From assembly GCA_028279825.1 (NCBI GenBank), contig JANQNA010000003.1, forward strand, positions 114,266-178,265: DNA of 64,000 nucleotides. Reading direction: 5' to 3'. Of this stretch, positions 46,435 to 56,831 are shown piece after piece. Origin of the DNA: an archaeon. GTDB taxonomy: Archaea > Aenigmatarchaeota > Aenigmatarchaeia > GW2011-AR5. The notes under the pieces are model-generated. The model had not been told where the DNA came from, made no database searches, and saw nothing but the letters and a program-made list of their open reading frames with translations. The first letter of the stretch is position 1. Each line of letters opens with the position of its first letter. The position numbers and the translations under genes are program-made.

Positions 46435-47283
46435 TTACTGCGCCTCACATCCCATATATATGCCAAACAACGAGGCAGACGCACAGTTTGCCCTGGCTTC
46501 CGGACATTGTCTGCACTCTTCTTGATTGTAATTACCGCAGCTGCTGAACGGCCTGCATAATCTGCAATTCTCTATATATATTGGTACAACAGTGGGGAAT
46601 GCTGTAACACGAGTTTCATCCCAGTAGCAACCCCTTTCCAGGTTCAGTTTGCATAAGTCTTCCTCTTTGATATCGTTGCAGAAGTTTCTCCTGCATTCTG
46701 TTTCAATATTGGTTGTTATATCAAATGAAGCTATGTAATACTCCGGATAATTGTCAAGCATCTTCCCGAACGTCATCTCGGGATCGTTTATGGCCCCTGC
46801 CACGCCTGAACCCGCTTCCCATAATGTAAAGTGGAATGTATAGTTGCCTTCAAGTCTTCCTATCCTGTTAAGGATGAAATCCATCTTGATATCCTGCGGA
46901 CATTCATATTCATCATCATTGACCCCGCAAGGTAGGACGTTTCGTCCGTCCTGGTCTGTACCTAAAAAGAGCAATGAGTTCAGGTCAAGTACTACAAGAA
47001 AGTCTATCCTGTCTTTTTCACTGCTTGGTATTTCTGTTGTCCCGAATTTTAGTCCGTTTATAGTGAGTATATGATCATCCTGCGCAGGACACGTAAGCCT
47101 GGCCCAGTCTGAAAGAGAATGTGCATCTATTATGCCGACAGTTCCGGGTTCAAAATTTTCTTTGAAAGTCTTTTTTTCGAAAACTTTCATGGGATTTCCG
47201 CCGCCGAGTATCATCAGCGCGACCAATATGGTTAACAGCATCCCAAGTAAGTAAAAGAGCAGGTCTCTTTCTATCCCTTTCAT
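46435..47283 (-). CDS. Pilin-like protein with Cys-rich C-terminus
   Basis: MKG|IERDL followed by a TM helix. Confidence 0.72.
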   Translation of the reverse strand: MKGIERDLLFYLLGMLLTILVALMILGGGNPMKVFEKKTFKENFEPGTVGIIDAHSLSDWARLTCPAQDDHILTINGLKFGTTEIPSSEKDRIDFLVVLDLNSLLFLGTDQDGRNVLPCGVNDDEYECPQDIKMDFILNRIGRLEGNYTFHFTLWEAGSGVAGAINDPEMTFGKMLDNYPEYYIASFDITTNIETECRRNFCNDIKEEDLCKLNLERGCYWDETRVTAFPTVVPIYIENCRLCRPFSSCGNYNQEECRQCPEARANCASASLFGIYMGCEAQ

Positions 47284-47317
47284 AATCTATAACTTGCGCA
47301 GACCCAAATAAAACGTT

Positions 47318-48208
47318 TTAGATGGTCAGGATTCCGGCTTTTATTGTAAAATCACCGTCTTGACCGCCTAACCTCGAGTCTTCGCAGAACAGGAGTTCGT
47401 TAAAGTCATTTGTCTGTCTTGTGCATTCATTGTCTTTCCAGAAACTAAGATAAACAACTTCTGTCACGTCAAATTCTCTGTCACTTCTGTAGTCAATTTC
47501 CGCTCTGACTAATCTGTTATTACAGTCAGGCTCTTCATTTACTCTTACAATTACCTCGCCGCCGCACATCTTCACCCTTTGTTCACAAATCTCTCTTTTT
47601 TCTCCCTCTCTGCATTCCCTGAGAAAACTTGTATATTGCTTGTCAGTATCACACTCCATGGAGAATTGTGCCCAGCATTCGGCAAAAACATCAGTAATAT
47701 CCACCTGATCCAGATCCCTGCGTCTTTTTATCAGTGTATTAACCAGAAGCGCAGCGTCCCTGTCACCTCTTACAATAGCCGGAACGTATTGTCTGAATGG
47801 ATAGTTTGAATATCTCTCAAGATCAACTATAGGTGCAATAACTGTCTGCAGTGTACCTGTAAGTATCGGCTGCGCAGTTACACCGGCTTCCGCCCTGAAA
47901 GTGTCCTGTCCGTTGGAGAGTTCTGCCCTTACGTACTGCTCCTTGAATCTTATTATTGTGATTACGTCTTCCTCGCCTTCACCGATAACCTTCAGTATAG
48001 GCTGAGCTTTTATGTCATAATGATAACTTGTACCGAGTTTTGTCGGTTCTACTGTCACCTCTCCTCCGATCAGGTTTATTGACATGTGTTGTGTAAGATT
48101 GCCGCTGGCATCAAGGCCTGCTCTCAGTTCATGCGCTGCAACATTGAGCGTTAATCCGAGCACTATTAATGCAAGAACCAGTGAAAGAACAAACTTGTTC
48201 TGTTCCAT
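47318..48208 (-). CDS. Membrane-anchored/exported protein of the pilus locus
   Basis: N-terminal hydrophobic helix; start overlaps the upstream stop. Confidence 0.7.
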   Translation of the reverse strand: MEQNKFVLSLVLALIVLGLTLNVAAHELRAGLDASGNLTQHMSINLIGGEVTVEPTKLGTSYHYDIKAQPILKVIGEGEEDVITIIRFKEQYVRAELSNGQDTFRAEAGVTAQPILTGTLQTVIAPIVDLERYSNYPFRQYVPAIVRGDRDAALLVNTLIKRRRDLDQVDITDVFAECWAQFSMECDTDKQYTSFLRECREGEKREICEQRVKMCGGEVIVRVNEEPDCNNRLVRAEIDYRSDREFDVTEVVYLSFWKDNECTRQTNDFNELLFCEDSRLGGQDGDFTIKAGILTI

Positions 48209-48384
48209 TAGCTTACACCCGGGAGACTGCCCACAATAGAATCAAAAAATCCGTAAGCTATATTGCTTACGCCGCTTGGTGCTTCTCCCCCGATAGTCGC
48301 AAATAGTATGAAGAAGACAAACACACCGGCTACAGCCAGTATTACCGCGGTAAGCCACCATGTAACTGTTGATAAACCTTTCAT
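48208..48384 (-). CDS. Flp-like mini pilin
   Basis: MKG|LSTVTWW followed by a TM helix. Confidence 0.72.
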   Translation of the reverse strand: MKGLSTVTWWLTAVILAVAGVFVFFILFATIGGEAPSGVSNIAYGFFDSIVGSLPGVS

Positions 48385-48533
48385 TATGACCATCCTCCAA
48401 GCAGGCCCTGAAGTCCTTCAGAGGCACCCTTTGAGATCTCCGGGGCATATAGCTCCCAGTATGCAAACATGACGAATACTATAACTACAACCCCTATTAT
48501 AGCTAAAAGCAGATGCATGTAACTACCTTTCAT
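48384..48533 (-). CDS. Flp-like mini pilin (49 aa)
   Basis: Hand-translated MKG|SYMHLLLAIIGVVVIVFVMFAYWELYAPEISKGASEGLQGLLGGWS; TAATG overlap with the next gene. Confidence 0.7.
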   Translation of the reverse strand: MKGSYMHLLLAIIGVVVIVFVMFAYWELYAPEISKGASEGLQGLLGGWS

Positions 48534-48659
48534 TTAGCAGACCCCCAGCATACCGCATCGTACGCTGCTTTCAAATGTGATCAGAAACCCGAATACAACC
48601 AGCAGTAAGGCAATCCCTATGAACATCCACAATTGTGAATCAACCATACCTTTGAGCAT
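48534..48659 (-). CDS. Flp-like mini pilin (41 aa)
   Basis: MLKG|MVDSQLWMFIGIALLLVVFGFLI; first gene of the minus-strand operon. Confidence 0.7.
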   Translation of the reverse strand: MLKGMVDSQLWMFIGIALLLVVFGFLITFESSVRCGMLGVC

Positions 48660-48693
48660 TGTATATATTAATTTTGCCTTCAATTTATAGTTT

Positions 48694-49131
48694 ATGAAAA
48701 AGTTAATACCGCCAATTGTTCTTGTATTACTGTTAGTAGTGGCAGTTCTCATCCAAAAACCCGTTGTAGAGGACAGGCTGGTTACCAGAATTATCGATGG
48801 TGATACAATTGTTGTTGAAGGCGGTGAAAGAGTCAGGCTGTTAGACATTGATACGCCTGAACGCGGTGAACCTTGTTATCAGGAAGCTAAAGATCGATTA
48901 GAAGAGCTGATAGATGGTAAGGAAGTTACTTTAGAGCCGCATGCTGAAGATCGTGACAGGTATGGCCGTTTACTGAGGTATGTTTTTCTTGAAGACCAAT
49001 TGATCAACTTGGTTCTTGTTCACGAAGGACTGGCCACGTTGTATGTATATAACAAAGGACCCTACCACAACTACTTTGTAAAAGCAGAGCAAACAGCAAA
49101 GGAATACGGCTGTGTGTTTAACCAAGAATAG
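48694..49131 (+). CDS. Membrane-anchored thermonuclease (SNase family)
   Basis: IIDGDT, VRLLDIDTPE, DRYGRLLRYV and LVHEGLA. Confidence 0.93.
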   Translation: MKKLIPPIVLVLLLVVAVLIQKPVVEDRLVTRIIDGDTIVVEGGERVRLLDIDTPERGEPCYQEAKDRLEELIDGKEVTLEPHAEDRDRYGRLLRYVFLEDQLINLVLVHEGLATLYVYNKGPYHNYFVKAEQTAKEYGCVFNQE

Positions 49132-51085
49132 ACGTTATCAGCGGTCCGAACATTGCAAGTGTAAGTATCATACAACCGACGAAAACAGTATAGCCCATGA
49201 CAAGCGCGTATCCTGTTGTGTTCTGACGTCCAATAGGATCCTCGCCGTTTTCTATTGAATTTATGAACATTGAAAGTATGAAAGCCGTTTCTATCAAATA
49301 GATACTGACAATAGCTATGAATTCAAACGGGGTTATAGCAACGTCTGCAAACGAAGAAAGGAAAGGCACGTTCACGTTGCCTAAGTCTGTGACTCTTTCG
49401 CCAATCTGACCGAGAATTCTCATTATTATAATAGCAAGTGTTACAACAACGCCGGAGATCATCGGCGAAAGAAAGTACGCCTGGAATCTGAGAGAATTCA
49501 ATGTATCACTTAATTCACCTTTCACCTCTTCCTGGGTGTCATGCAGACCCTTCAGGTATTTGGATATAGAAAGCATAGCAACGGCTGCCGTTCTTACACC
49601 TTTTCTCGTAGATTCAACAACCGTCTTCATTATGGATTTTATCAGTTTTGACGGATAGTAGCGGATGGCTCCATATTGTTTGTCAAAGAATGCCTGTGCA
49701 AACGTAAAGCCCAGCATTTTCATGTTTCTTAGAGCTCTCTGGAAGAGGTCCTTTATGGTCAGGTTCTTTATTCTCTCCATTGAATGCTCTATGGAAAGTT
49801 CTATCGGTATTCCTCCGGATATCTGGCTGCCTAACTGGAAGAGTGCTTCAGCGAACTCCCCTTCTATCTTTCTGACCTTTTCTCTTACTTTCATCCTCTG
49901 TTTTGAGAGAAGAATATAGTATATGCCGAAACTAAGTGAGAAGCCAAAGCCAACTGTTACAGCCGGAAGAATTCCTTCCGGTGTGCCGGAAGCCGCTTCG
50001 TTAAGATACAACAGTAATCCAAATGATATCAGTACTATTCCGATAACAAGTCCGATAGGCCATGCCCTTACATCCTTCTTGCCCATTTTGAACTTTCCCG
50101 GCGGCGGCACATTCGGATTCTCTGTAATATCTATCTTACTGAATGTTGGTGGTCTCGTTTCCAGTATGTTCGTTATAACAAAATAAAGTATGAGGGGCAG
50201 CATTATGTCATACCCAACAAACAGGAACACTGAAGATACGCCAAGGAACACTGCAACTATAGGGAACAGCACCAGACCCATGATAGGCAATATTACCCCC
50301 AATGCATGTACTACCATGACAGGCATTTTCAGGTTCTGGTTAAAGTGTCTTGCCTCTTCACGGCTTCCGTCAAGTATCTTATCCACAGCCTCATCCAGTA
50401 GTTCAATTCTTTTCTGTCCGACCTGTTTCAGCGAAGTTATTGTAAGTTCAACGGCCTCTACAAAAGACCTGTTCTTTTTCCATCTTTTCGTATAATCAGT
50501 AAGCGCATCTTCCATAGAGAGAAACGTACCAAGCTCAACATCCCACAAGAGTTTCTTTATCTCGTATCCAAGCGTAGTGTCAATATTCTCGGCAGCAAAC
50601 TTCACGGCGCTTTCCAGATTCGGTACATTTCTCAGGTACATCGCAATGTACAGAACAAAAGTAACTATGTCCGCCCCTGCTTCCGTCTCATATTTTCTTT
50701 TCAGCCTGCTGGGATAAGTGTGAATATAGAGCGTAAAGAACAGTGCAAGCACAAGAAACATAATCCCAAAGCCGAACGGAAGCCCTGGAAGTCCAAAAAA
50801 TCCCAGAAGCATTAGGAATATAAGCGGCAGCGTGGCAAAGACGGCAAAAGTCATTGTCAGTGAAGCCACACCGGTTGGTGTAACACGAAGATGTGCAAAC
50901 TGTATTGTCTCTTCCAGTTTCTTCCTGCTTTTCTTGTCGGGATCAACCTTAATGATGCCTGTTGCTGTTTTACACGCCTTCTCGTACATAGTCTTCGGAA
51001 GGTTACGGAACTGTTCCTCTTCCTTATACAACCGGTATTCCCGGGATATTAACTTCTTTATTTCTTTTTCCCGTCTCTTTTTCAT
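49118..51085 (-). CDS. Type IV pilus/T2SS membrane platform protein (fused TadB/TadC-like)
   Basis: Two T2SS-F-like halves (NLESAV...; EFAEALFQLG...GIPIE) with TM bundles; adjacent to the ATPase. Confidence 0.82.
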   Translation of the reverse strand: MKKRREKEIKKLISREYRLYKEEEQFRNLPKTMYEKACKTATGIIKVDPDKKSRKKLEETIQFAHLRVTPTGVASLTMTFAVFATLPLIFLMLLGFFGLPGLPFGFGIMFLVLALFFTLYIHTYPSRLKRKYETEAGADIVTFVLYIAMYLRNVPNLESAVKFAAENIDTTLGYEIKKLLWDVELGTFLSMEDALTDYTKRWKKNRSFVEAVELTITSLKQVGQKRIELLDEAVDKILDGSREEARHFNQNLKMPVMVVHALGVILPIMGLVLFPIVAVFLGVSSVFLFVGYDIMLPLILYFVITNILETRPPTFSKIDITENPNVPPPGKFKMGKKDVRAWPIGLVIGIVLISFGLLLYLNEAASGTPEGILPAVTVGFGFSLSFGIYYILLSKQRMKVREKVRKIEGEFAEALFQLGSQISGGIPIELSIEHSMERIKNLTIKDLFQRALRNMKMLGFTFAQAFFDKQYGAIRYYPSKLIKSIMKTVVESTRKGVRTAAVAMLSISKYLKGLHDTQEEVKGELSDTLNSLRFQAYFLSPMISGVVVTLAIIIMRILGQIGERVTDLGNVNVPFLSSFADVAITPFEFIAIVSIYLIETAFILSMFINSIENGEDPIGRQNTTGYALVMGYTVFVGCMILTLAMFGPLITSILG

Positions 51086-51221
51086 ACTATCTGTATGGTC
51101 CCAGAGTATCTAATAAGTTTTCTTTCTCAGAAGGGTCTTTCTTTTCCATAAAAATAGATTATTTCTACGAATCAATAATAATTCTTTTTCCCTTGAGGGT
51201 TTTTCTTCTGAAGAAAAAGGC

Positions 51222-53444
51222 TCAATAGTTTTTCTTCAGCCAGTTCAGCCATCTTTCGTATATCAATGAATTATCCAAGGTCCCGACTTCTTCCTTGACT
51301 TCATTGCCTATGATGTGGAATCGTGAGTTTGATTTTATCACATTCTCAGCTTCCAAAAGATTGGTGTTGTTTGTTTTCTTTGAATAGTCCAGCAGGGTCT
51401 GCAGGATTTTTGCACGTAGTGTTATATTATTCCATACAGAATCCCAGTTGCCTTTCCAGTCACGCACTCTTGCAGCTATGTCATTAAGCACTTGTGATTC
51501 GCCCATCAAAAGGGTCTTTGACGGCTTCAGTGCGTCTTCCTTTGCTGAATACTCCAGAAGATTCACAAAACCGCCCTCGTCCATTGGGTCTACTTTCCAG
51601 TGTTTTCGCACTTCAGTCATTTCCACTATTCTTCTAAAAGAATGCAACCCGTCCGGAGACTTTAACATGTTGGCAATCACGACAATATCTGTAGACTTGA
51701 AACTTGTGGGCGGCACGCCAAGATCATTTACAACACGGTCAAAAACACCGTATGCGGAATCACCATGGATTGTACCGGCTACTACATTGGCTAATGCACC
51801 GATTCTCATCGCTTCATACAGCGCAAGCGCCTCCTTACTTCTGACTTCACCGATTATAAGACAGGAGTCCCCTAAACGAAGTGCTGTTCTCAGTGCAGCC
51901 TCAGCAGGTAATTCAGTCTCAACATTAGTTATCACGCTTCGCGACTTCAATCTTTCAATATTATAGCCCATTGCAGCTAATTGCTCTGTTGGCAGTTCAA
52001 TCGTATCTTCCACTGTTATGATCCTAAGTTTAGGCATTATCTGTACCATGCACGCGCCCAACAGAGAAGACTTACCGCTCGATCTTGTACCTGCTATCAG
52101 CATTGTTCTTGAACCGTCTATTAAGAACCATAAAAGCCCTGCAGAGAAAGCGTCGAATGCTTTAGCCTTCATGAAAAGAGGAAACGTCCATGGTTTATCC
52201 CTGTGCCTTCTCAACGCAAATCCTAAACCGTCCACAGAAAGTGTCCTTGTAATGGCTGCTACTCTAGCTCTTCCACCAGGCACGGATACCTCTGTATCTA
52301 AAACAGGATTTGATTCATCCAGTGGTCTGCCGCTCTTTAACCTGAACCTGGTTGCCCATGATTCGCCGTCCTCACGGCTGGGAACAATGTTTGTCTCGCA
52401 TTCCTGATGGCCGCCATGGAACAGGTATATAGGCGAAGCACCAAGCGGCGCGTTTATCTCTATATCCTGGACATGCTCGTCCTGAAGTATCAGATCCAGC
52501 ACGCCTAAACCGGCTGTATATCTTGTAAGTATGCTTGCTAATTCCTCTAACCTATGTTCACTTATCTCATAATCCTGGGCCAGATCTCTCAGCATATCCA
52601 GTCCAATCCTAAACAGGTTCTCCCTTATCCTTTCCGGCTGCTCCAGTTCTCCTTCTCTCGGCTCGTGTCTTCCTAGATATCTTCTCGCTGTGTCAAGCAT
52701 GGTGTATTCTATTTCATTCAGCTTAAACTCCGGAGGAATAATGTGATATAACTTACGCACGCTGCCGGGAATAGCGTATATCTCTATGTCAGTCCCGCCT
52801 ATTTTGTACCTTTCCAAAAGTTCTGAGTTGGCCGGAGGAAGAGAAATGTAACGGGTATATATGAAGTTTGGTCTTACAGTCGGGTGAAAGATCCGGCGGT
52901 ATAGTGAACGATCTTTATGGTCACGCAGATTAGGTTTGGCAAGCTGGATAAGCCTGCAATCATCAAGAATCTTTGCTATGGGCAACAACGCCTTTGTCAG
53001 GTATTGATTATACGAATCTTTTTTGATATCCGTTTCCCTTTCCACTTTAATTCGTATTACTCTTATCTCGCGAAGCAGATTCTTGTACGCCTGTATAGGG
53101 TCAAATCTTATGTCATTCATCAGTCTCTGAAGAAATTTATAACGCTCAGGCGCGCTTGCCTCATCTCCAACAACCACAACATTCTTTATAGAAACAAGTT
53201 TTTCTTTGAGTATTCTCTCAAGAGCCATGGCAACTTCCAGTAACATTTTTGATTCTGTAAAATCATATTCGTATTCACGGGTCCCGGCAAAAACAATACG
53301 CACCACCTTTTTGAGCTCAAGAAGTTTATCAATCGTAGTAGCCATGCACGCGCTGTAGTCCTCTATTGAATCGCCATACAGCCCGCCTAAACAGTTTATC
53401 CGCATTTTCTGCGTGTCCTCGTCATATTCGTAATCGTAAACCAT
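51222..53444 (-). CDS. Type II/IV secretion / pilus assembly ATPase (TadA/ArlI-like)
   Basis: Walker A AGTRSSGKS, VEDTIE Asp box, LIIGEVR Walker B, GTIHG. Confidence 0.93.
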   Translation of the reverse strand: MVYDYEYDEDTQKMRINCLGGLYGDSIEDYSACMATTIDKLLELKKVVRIVFAGTREYEYDFTESKMLLEVAMALERILKEKLVSIKNVVVVGDEASAPERYKFLQRLMNDIRFDPIQAYKNLLREIRVIRIKVERETDIKKDSYNQYLTKALLPIAKILDDCRLIQLAKPNLRDHKDRSLYRRIFHPTVRPNFIYTRYISLPPANSELLERYKIGGTDIEIYAIPGSVRKLYHIIPPEFKLNEIEYTMLDTARRYLGRHEPREGELEQPERIRENLFRIGLDMLRDLAQDYEISEHRLEELASILTRYTAGLGVLDLILQDEHVQDIEINAPLGASPIYLFHGGHQECETNIVPSREDGESWATRFRLKSGRPLDESNPVLDTEVSVPGGRARVAAITRTLSVDGLGFALRRHRDKPWTFPLFMKAKAFDAFSAGLLWFLIDGSRTMLIAGTRSSGKSSLLGACMVQIMPKLRIITVEDTIELPTEQLAAMGYNIERLKSRSVITNVETELPAEAALRTALRLGDSCLIIGEVRSKEALALYEAMRIGALANVVAGTIHGDSAYGVFDRVVNDLGVPPTSFKSTDIVVIANMLKSPDGLHSFRRIVEMTEVRKHWKVDPMDEGGFVNLLEYSAKEDALKPSKTLLMGESQVLNDIAARVRDWKGNWDSVWNNITLRAKILQTLLDYSKKTNNTNLLEAENVIKSNSRFHIIGNEVKEEVGTLDNSLIYERWLNWLKKNY

Positions 53445-53516
53445 ACTAAGTAATAGTCAAGAGTATTTTTTAAGCTACTTTACAGCGTTTTTATTTGTTT
53501 TGGACATCGTCTTAGG

Positions 53517-54377
53517 ATGGAGCCCGTTTATGTTAGAACTATTGCTGAAAGAAAACCCATTTATCGTGGCGGAATAACAATGTTTTTGGACCTGCCTTTA
53601 GATGTTGGCGAGGAGGCGCATGCTAAATGGGTAGAAAGGTATGGTAAAGAATTTACTTTTCCGAATTTGAGGTCACCGGGACCATCACTGCTCAGCCAAG
53701 CAAGAGAGGCACTTATAAGCGGTGACGAAGAAGCCGCCGACAACTTATTTGCAGAAACAATAAAACATACGATAAAAAGTTACGATGAAAAATCAGATCC
53801 TGAAAAATGGGGTGATATGGCAGTTCAATTGCCAGGAGATTGGGGTCCTTCTTTACCAGAAAAACGAAAACTCAGAGAAATGCTTACAGAACTTGCACAT
53901 GGGAGAGTACTGGAAGCTATGTGCGGCTTTAATTCATACTTTGGAGAATCTGATAGAGTAACAGATTTAGTGGCGCTGGATTTCTGTAAGGAAGCCCTGG
54001 AGCGATATGAATATCCAGAAAGAGAGAGAATTCTGTACGATCTGGAAAGAATTGCAGAAGGAGAAAGAATGGACTTTTTCTATGACGAATCATTTGACAC
54101 TGTAGGTATTGTTGCAGGAGTGAACTACCTGTCTGATGCTTTTGTTGTATATAGAGAATTTCACCGAATTTTGTCCCGCGACGGTAGATTACTGGTTGTA
54201 AATGCAACATCGCATGGTTATACAGATATGATAAAAAAAGATTTTGAACCTGAAGAACAATCAAAACTTGTTGAAGCGGCAGGCTTTTCTGTCAGGGTAG
54301 AAGAACTTGGATTGACCAAGGAAAATGAAATAGGAGAGTATTTTCTGATAGAAGGCACCAAGCTCCACAAACCTTAA
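53517..54377 (+). CDS. Class I SAM-dependent methyltransferase
   Basis: VLEAMCG, ALDFC, ESFDTV and RILSRDG. Confidence 0.78.
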   Translation: MEPVYVRTIAERKPIYRGGITMFLDLPLDVGEEAHAKWVERYGKEFTFPNLRSPGPSLLSQAREALISGDEEAADNLFAETIKHTIKSYDEKSDPEKWGDMAVQLPGDWGPSLPEKRKLREMLTELAHGRVLEAMCGFNSYFGESDRVTDLVALDFCKEALERYEYPERERILYDLERIAEGERMDFFYDESFDTVGIVAGVNYLSDAFVVYREFHRILSRDGRLLVVNATSHGYTDMIKKDFEPEEQSKLVEAAGFSVRVEELGLTKENEIGEYFLIEGTKLHKP

Positions 54378-54403
54378 AATACAGTACGGGACATTATAGA
54401 GAT

Positions 54404-54787
54404 ATGGATCCAACTAATTACCAGGTTATTCTGCAGGAGTTAGTGAGACGCAGTAATGAAGATGCACGCAGACTCAGGGCCATGGAACAGAGACTTGATG
54501 CTGTAGAAAGTAAAATGAATACCTTTGAGAATACAAACATTGAAAGAGTAAAGAAAAACAACACCAGATTTGTTGATAATGAATCTTCCATCAAGGCACT
54601 AAATGAGACTATGATAAAGATGAGCAATAATCTTGACAAAATAAACAGGCAGATCACTAAGTTTGCCAGAAAACAGGATCTTAAAGAGATTGAACGAATG
54701 CTCGATCTGATAAGCCCTATAAAACAGGAATTCGTAACAAAGGGAGAATTAGATGAACTGGAAGAAGAATTAAGAGCAAGAAATTAG
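54404..54787 (+). CDS. Coiled-coil hypothetical protein
   Basis: RRLRAMEQR...FARKQDLKEIE..LDLISP. Confidence 0.75.
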   Translation: MDPTNYQVILQELVRRSNEDARRLRAMEQRLDAVESKMNTFENTNIERVKKNNTRFVDNESSIKALNETMIKMSNNLDKINRQITKFARKQDLKEIERMLDLISPIKQEFVTKGELDELEEELRARN

Positions 54788-54817
54788 CTTTTTATAGATT
54801 AATGATTTATTCTGAGG

Positions 54818-55048
54818 ATGCCAACATATATTGGATTATTTCATAAGAAAAGAGCAGAAGAACTAGGTATTGATCCAGCAGCCGCTAGCCTCTCAGGTCC
54901 TCATGGATTTTTTAACTGTGGATTAGACCGGGAAAGGGGAGAGATATACGTCTTCGATGCCATAGCCAATGCAGAAAAACCAGGAGAAACACTAACAAAA
55001 CTTAGAGAATCAGGTGAATACGCAGAGGTTCTTTTTTCGGGTAATTAA
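54818..55048 (+). CDS. Small hypothetical protein
   Basis: GAGG upstream; 76 aa. Confidence 0.5.
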   Translation: MPTYIGLFHKKRAEELGIDPAAASLSGPHGFFNCGLDRERGEIYVFDAIANAEKPGETLTKLRESGEYAEVLFSGN

Positions 55049-55049
55049 T

Positions 55050-55709
55050 TTACACTTCTGTTACAGTTTGTTTATCCTTCATCTCGTGTATCATTGAAGA
55101 AAGAGATTCTATATTGCGCGTTAGCGATGGAAGAAACTGTTTGAACGCTTTCTCAAGACCGCCAACCCTGGATTCTAAATCCTCTAACTGTTCTGTTATG
55201 CCGACTATCTTCGTCTCAAATTCCTTTTCCGGCGAATCCTTTCTTATCTGGTCCATATGCAGTTCAAACTGTTTTATCTCGGATTTGATCTTGTCGAAAC
55301 TATCATCTACCGTCTTGAATTTATCCTCTACTTTTCTCCATTTTTCATCGACAATACCTTCCACCAATTCTTCTAGCATCAATTCCGGCGCTTCTAAATC
55401 CTCCTGAGGTGCCGGCGGTAAGTCAGGTAAACCAGGCTGCTGGAATGCATCAGGAGAAAATTCTTCGTTGAAGAAATTATCTGCTGCTGGCGGAGCCGTG
55501 TCAATCCTATGCTCGACTTTTGGTTCTTCCTCTGAAACCCCATCTTTCACAGCCTTCAGCATTGCTGATTCTATTGATTCGTAAGAATAACCCTTGGATT
55601 TCAGGTGTTTTATGATGTCCTTGTCGCTCATACCCTTCTTTGTCATCTTCTGTATCTCATCGACAGGAACTTCCTTCTTTTCTTTATGTTTCTTCTTGCC
55701 AAAAAGCAC
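55050..55709 (-). CDS. Acidic coiled-coil protein near the pilus ATPase
   Basis: GMSDKDII..L..KGY, EELVEGIVDEKW and GLEKAFKQFLPSL. Confidence 0.75.
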   Translation of the reverse strand: MLFGKKKHKEKKEVPVDEIQKMTKKGMSDKDIIKHLKSKGYSYESIESAMLKAVKDGVSEEEPKVEHRIDTAPPAADNFFNEEFSPDAFQQPGLPDLPPAPQEDLEAPELMLEELVEGIVDEKWRKVEDKFKTVDDSFDKIKSEIKQFELHMDQIRKDSPEKEFETKIVGITEQLEDLESRVGGLEKAFKQFLPSLTRNIESLSSMIHEMKDKQTVTEV

Positions 55710-55751
55710 TTCATCAACCCCTGTTATACTATAGGATTTCCAGTATATAAA

Positions 55752-56216
55752 TTACTTACCGGCTATGAAATAAACAGCCAACGCCATGAGTATTATGATG
55801 AAAACTATTCCTATCACGGCATCACTTACCACTACAATTGAGCCGCCGATTGCTATGAAAAATACTATTATACCAACGCCTACCAGCACAGCCGCGGCAG
55901 CTTTGTTGTCAAACAGCTTTGAAAAATCCCCACCGGACATTGTCACGAATAAAGCTATCACGAGTATTCCTGCTATCACGACAGCCGCATAACCAAACAG
56001 GTTAACAAAGAAGCCTGCCAGGAAAGGTCCGCCAAAACCGATCACGAAGAATGCAAATACGAGAGAAATCACACCAACTATCCTTGGATTTTCAAATACT
56101 TTCATTTTAGTTAACAAACCATAAGAAATGGCAAATACGAAGACCCATGGCAGAAGAAATCCGAAAAAACCCAGGGCGTTCAGGTTTGCCACGAGCATTG
56201 TAAATGGATCAGCCAT
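55752..56216 (-). CDS. Multi-pass membrane protein, paralog family member
   Basis: FLLPWVFVFAISYGLL.K motif. Confidence 0.75.
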   Translation of the reverse strand: MADPFTMLVANLNALGFFGFLLPWVFVFAISYGLLTKMKVFENPRIVGVISLVFAFFVIGFGGPFLAGFFVNLFGYAAVVIAGILVIALFVTMSGGDFSKLFDNKAAAAVLVGVGIIVFFIAIGGSIVVVSDAVIGIVFIIILMALAVYFIAGK

Positions 56217-56245
56217 AGTATCACTCTAATCTTCTTAAGTGAGAA

Positions 56246-56755
56246 TTAAGGGCTACCGCCACCACCGGAACCGCCGCCTCCGCCACCACCCTTTGTGATC
56301 ATGTAGACAGCAGCTGCTATGATTATCAGCCAGAATACAAGAACGGCAATGTCAGAACCGATTACAACAGATCCCACAAATGCACCCGTTGATCCTATGA
56401 ACAACAATGCACCGATTACCACAAGTATAAGCACTACGACAATGTGGTTTGCATTCTCCATCTTAAAGCCAACCATGGATATGAACAGTAATATCACAAG
56501 TATACCGGCAAGGTAAGTTGCTGCACCGCCAAACAGGTTAATGAAGAACGATGCTAACTGTGGTCCTGCTGAAGCAGTCACAAAGAATGCAATAACAAAC
56601 GAAAGTGCTATGTTTATCTTAGGACTTTTATCAGAACCAAACAAAGTAAGCTTTGAAAGTAGTCCGTAAACAATTGCAAATGTGAATATCCACGGAAGTA
56701 AAAACCCATAGAACTCAGGTCCCAGTACCGTTGCGGGATTAAGTGCGAAACTCAT
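56246..56755 (-). CDS. Multi-pass membrane protein, paralog family member
   Basis: FLLPWIFTFAIVYGLL.K motif; Gly-rich tail. Confidence 0.75.
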   Translation of the reverse strand: MSFALNPATVLGPEFYGFLLPWIFTFAIVYGLLSKLTLFGSDKSPKINIALSFVIAFFVTASAGPQLASFFINLFGGAATYLAGILVILLFISMVGFKMENANHIVVVLILVVIGALLFIGSTGAFVGSVVIGSDIAVLVFWLIIIAAAVYMITKGGGGGGGSGGGGSP

Positions 56756-56831
56756 CTATTATCACTTTCTATTATTTACTGCCGGGTGTTTATATAAGTT
56801 TTGTAAAGGCAGACAAATTACGTTACAATTA

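Noticed and set aside
49118-53444. Archaellum (arlI/arlJ) assignment
   Set aside because: No archaellin, ArlH or ArlF/G recognised nearby; the pilin-like genes do not resemble archaellins.
56246-56290. Poly-Gly tail GGGGGGGSGGGGSP resembling a synthetic linker
   Set aside because: Mixed codons and Gly runs in neighbouring paralogs suggest natural low complexity.
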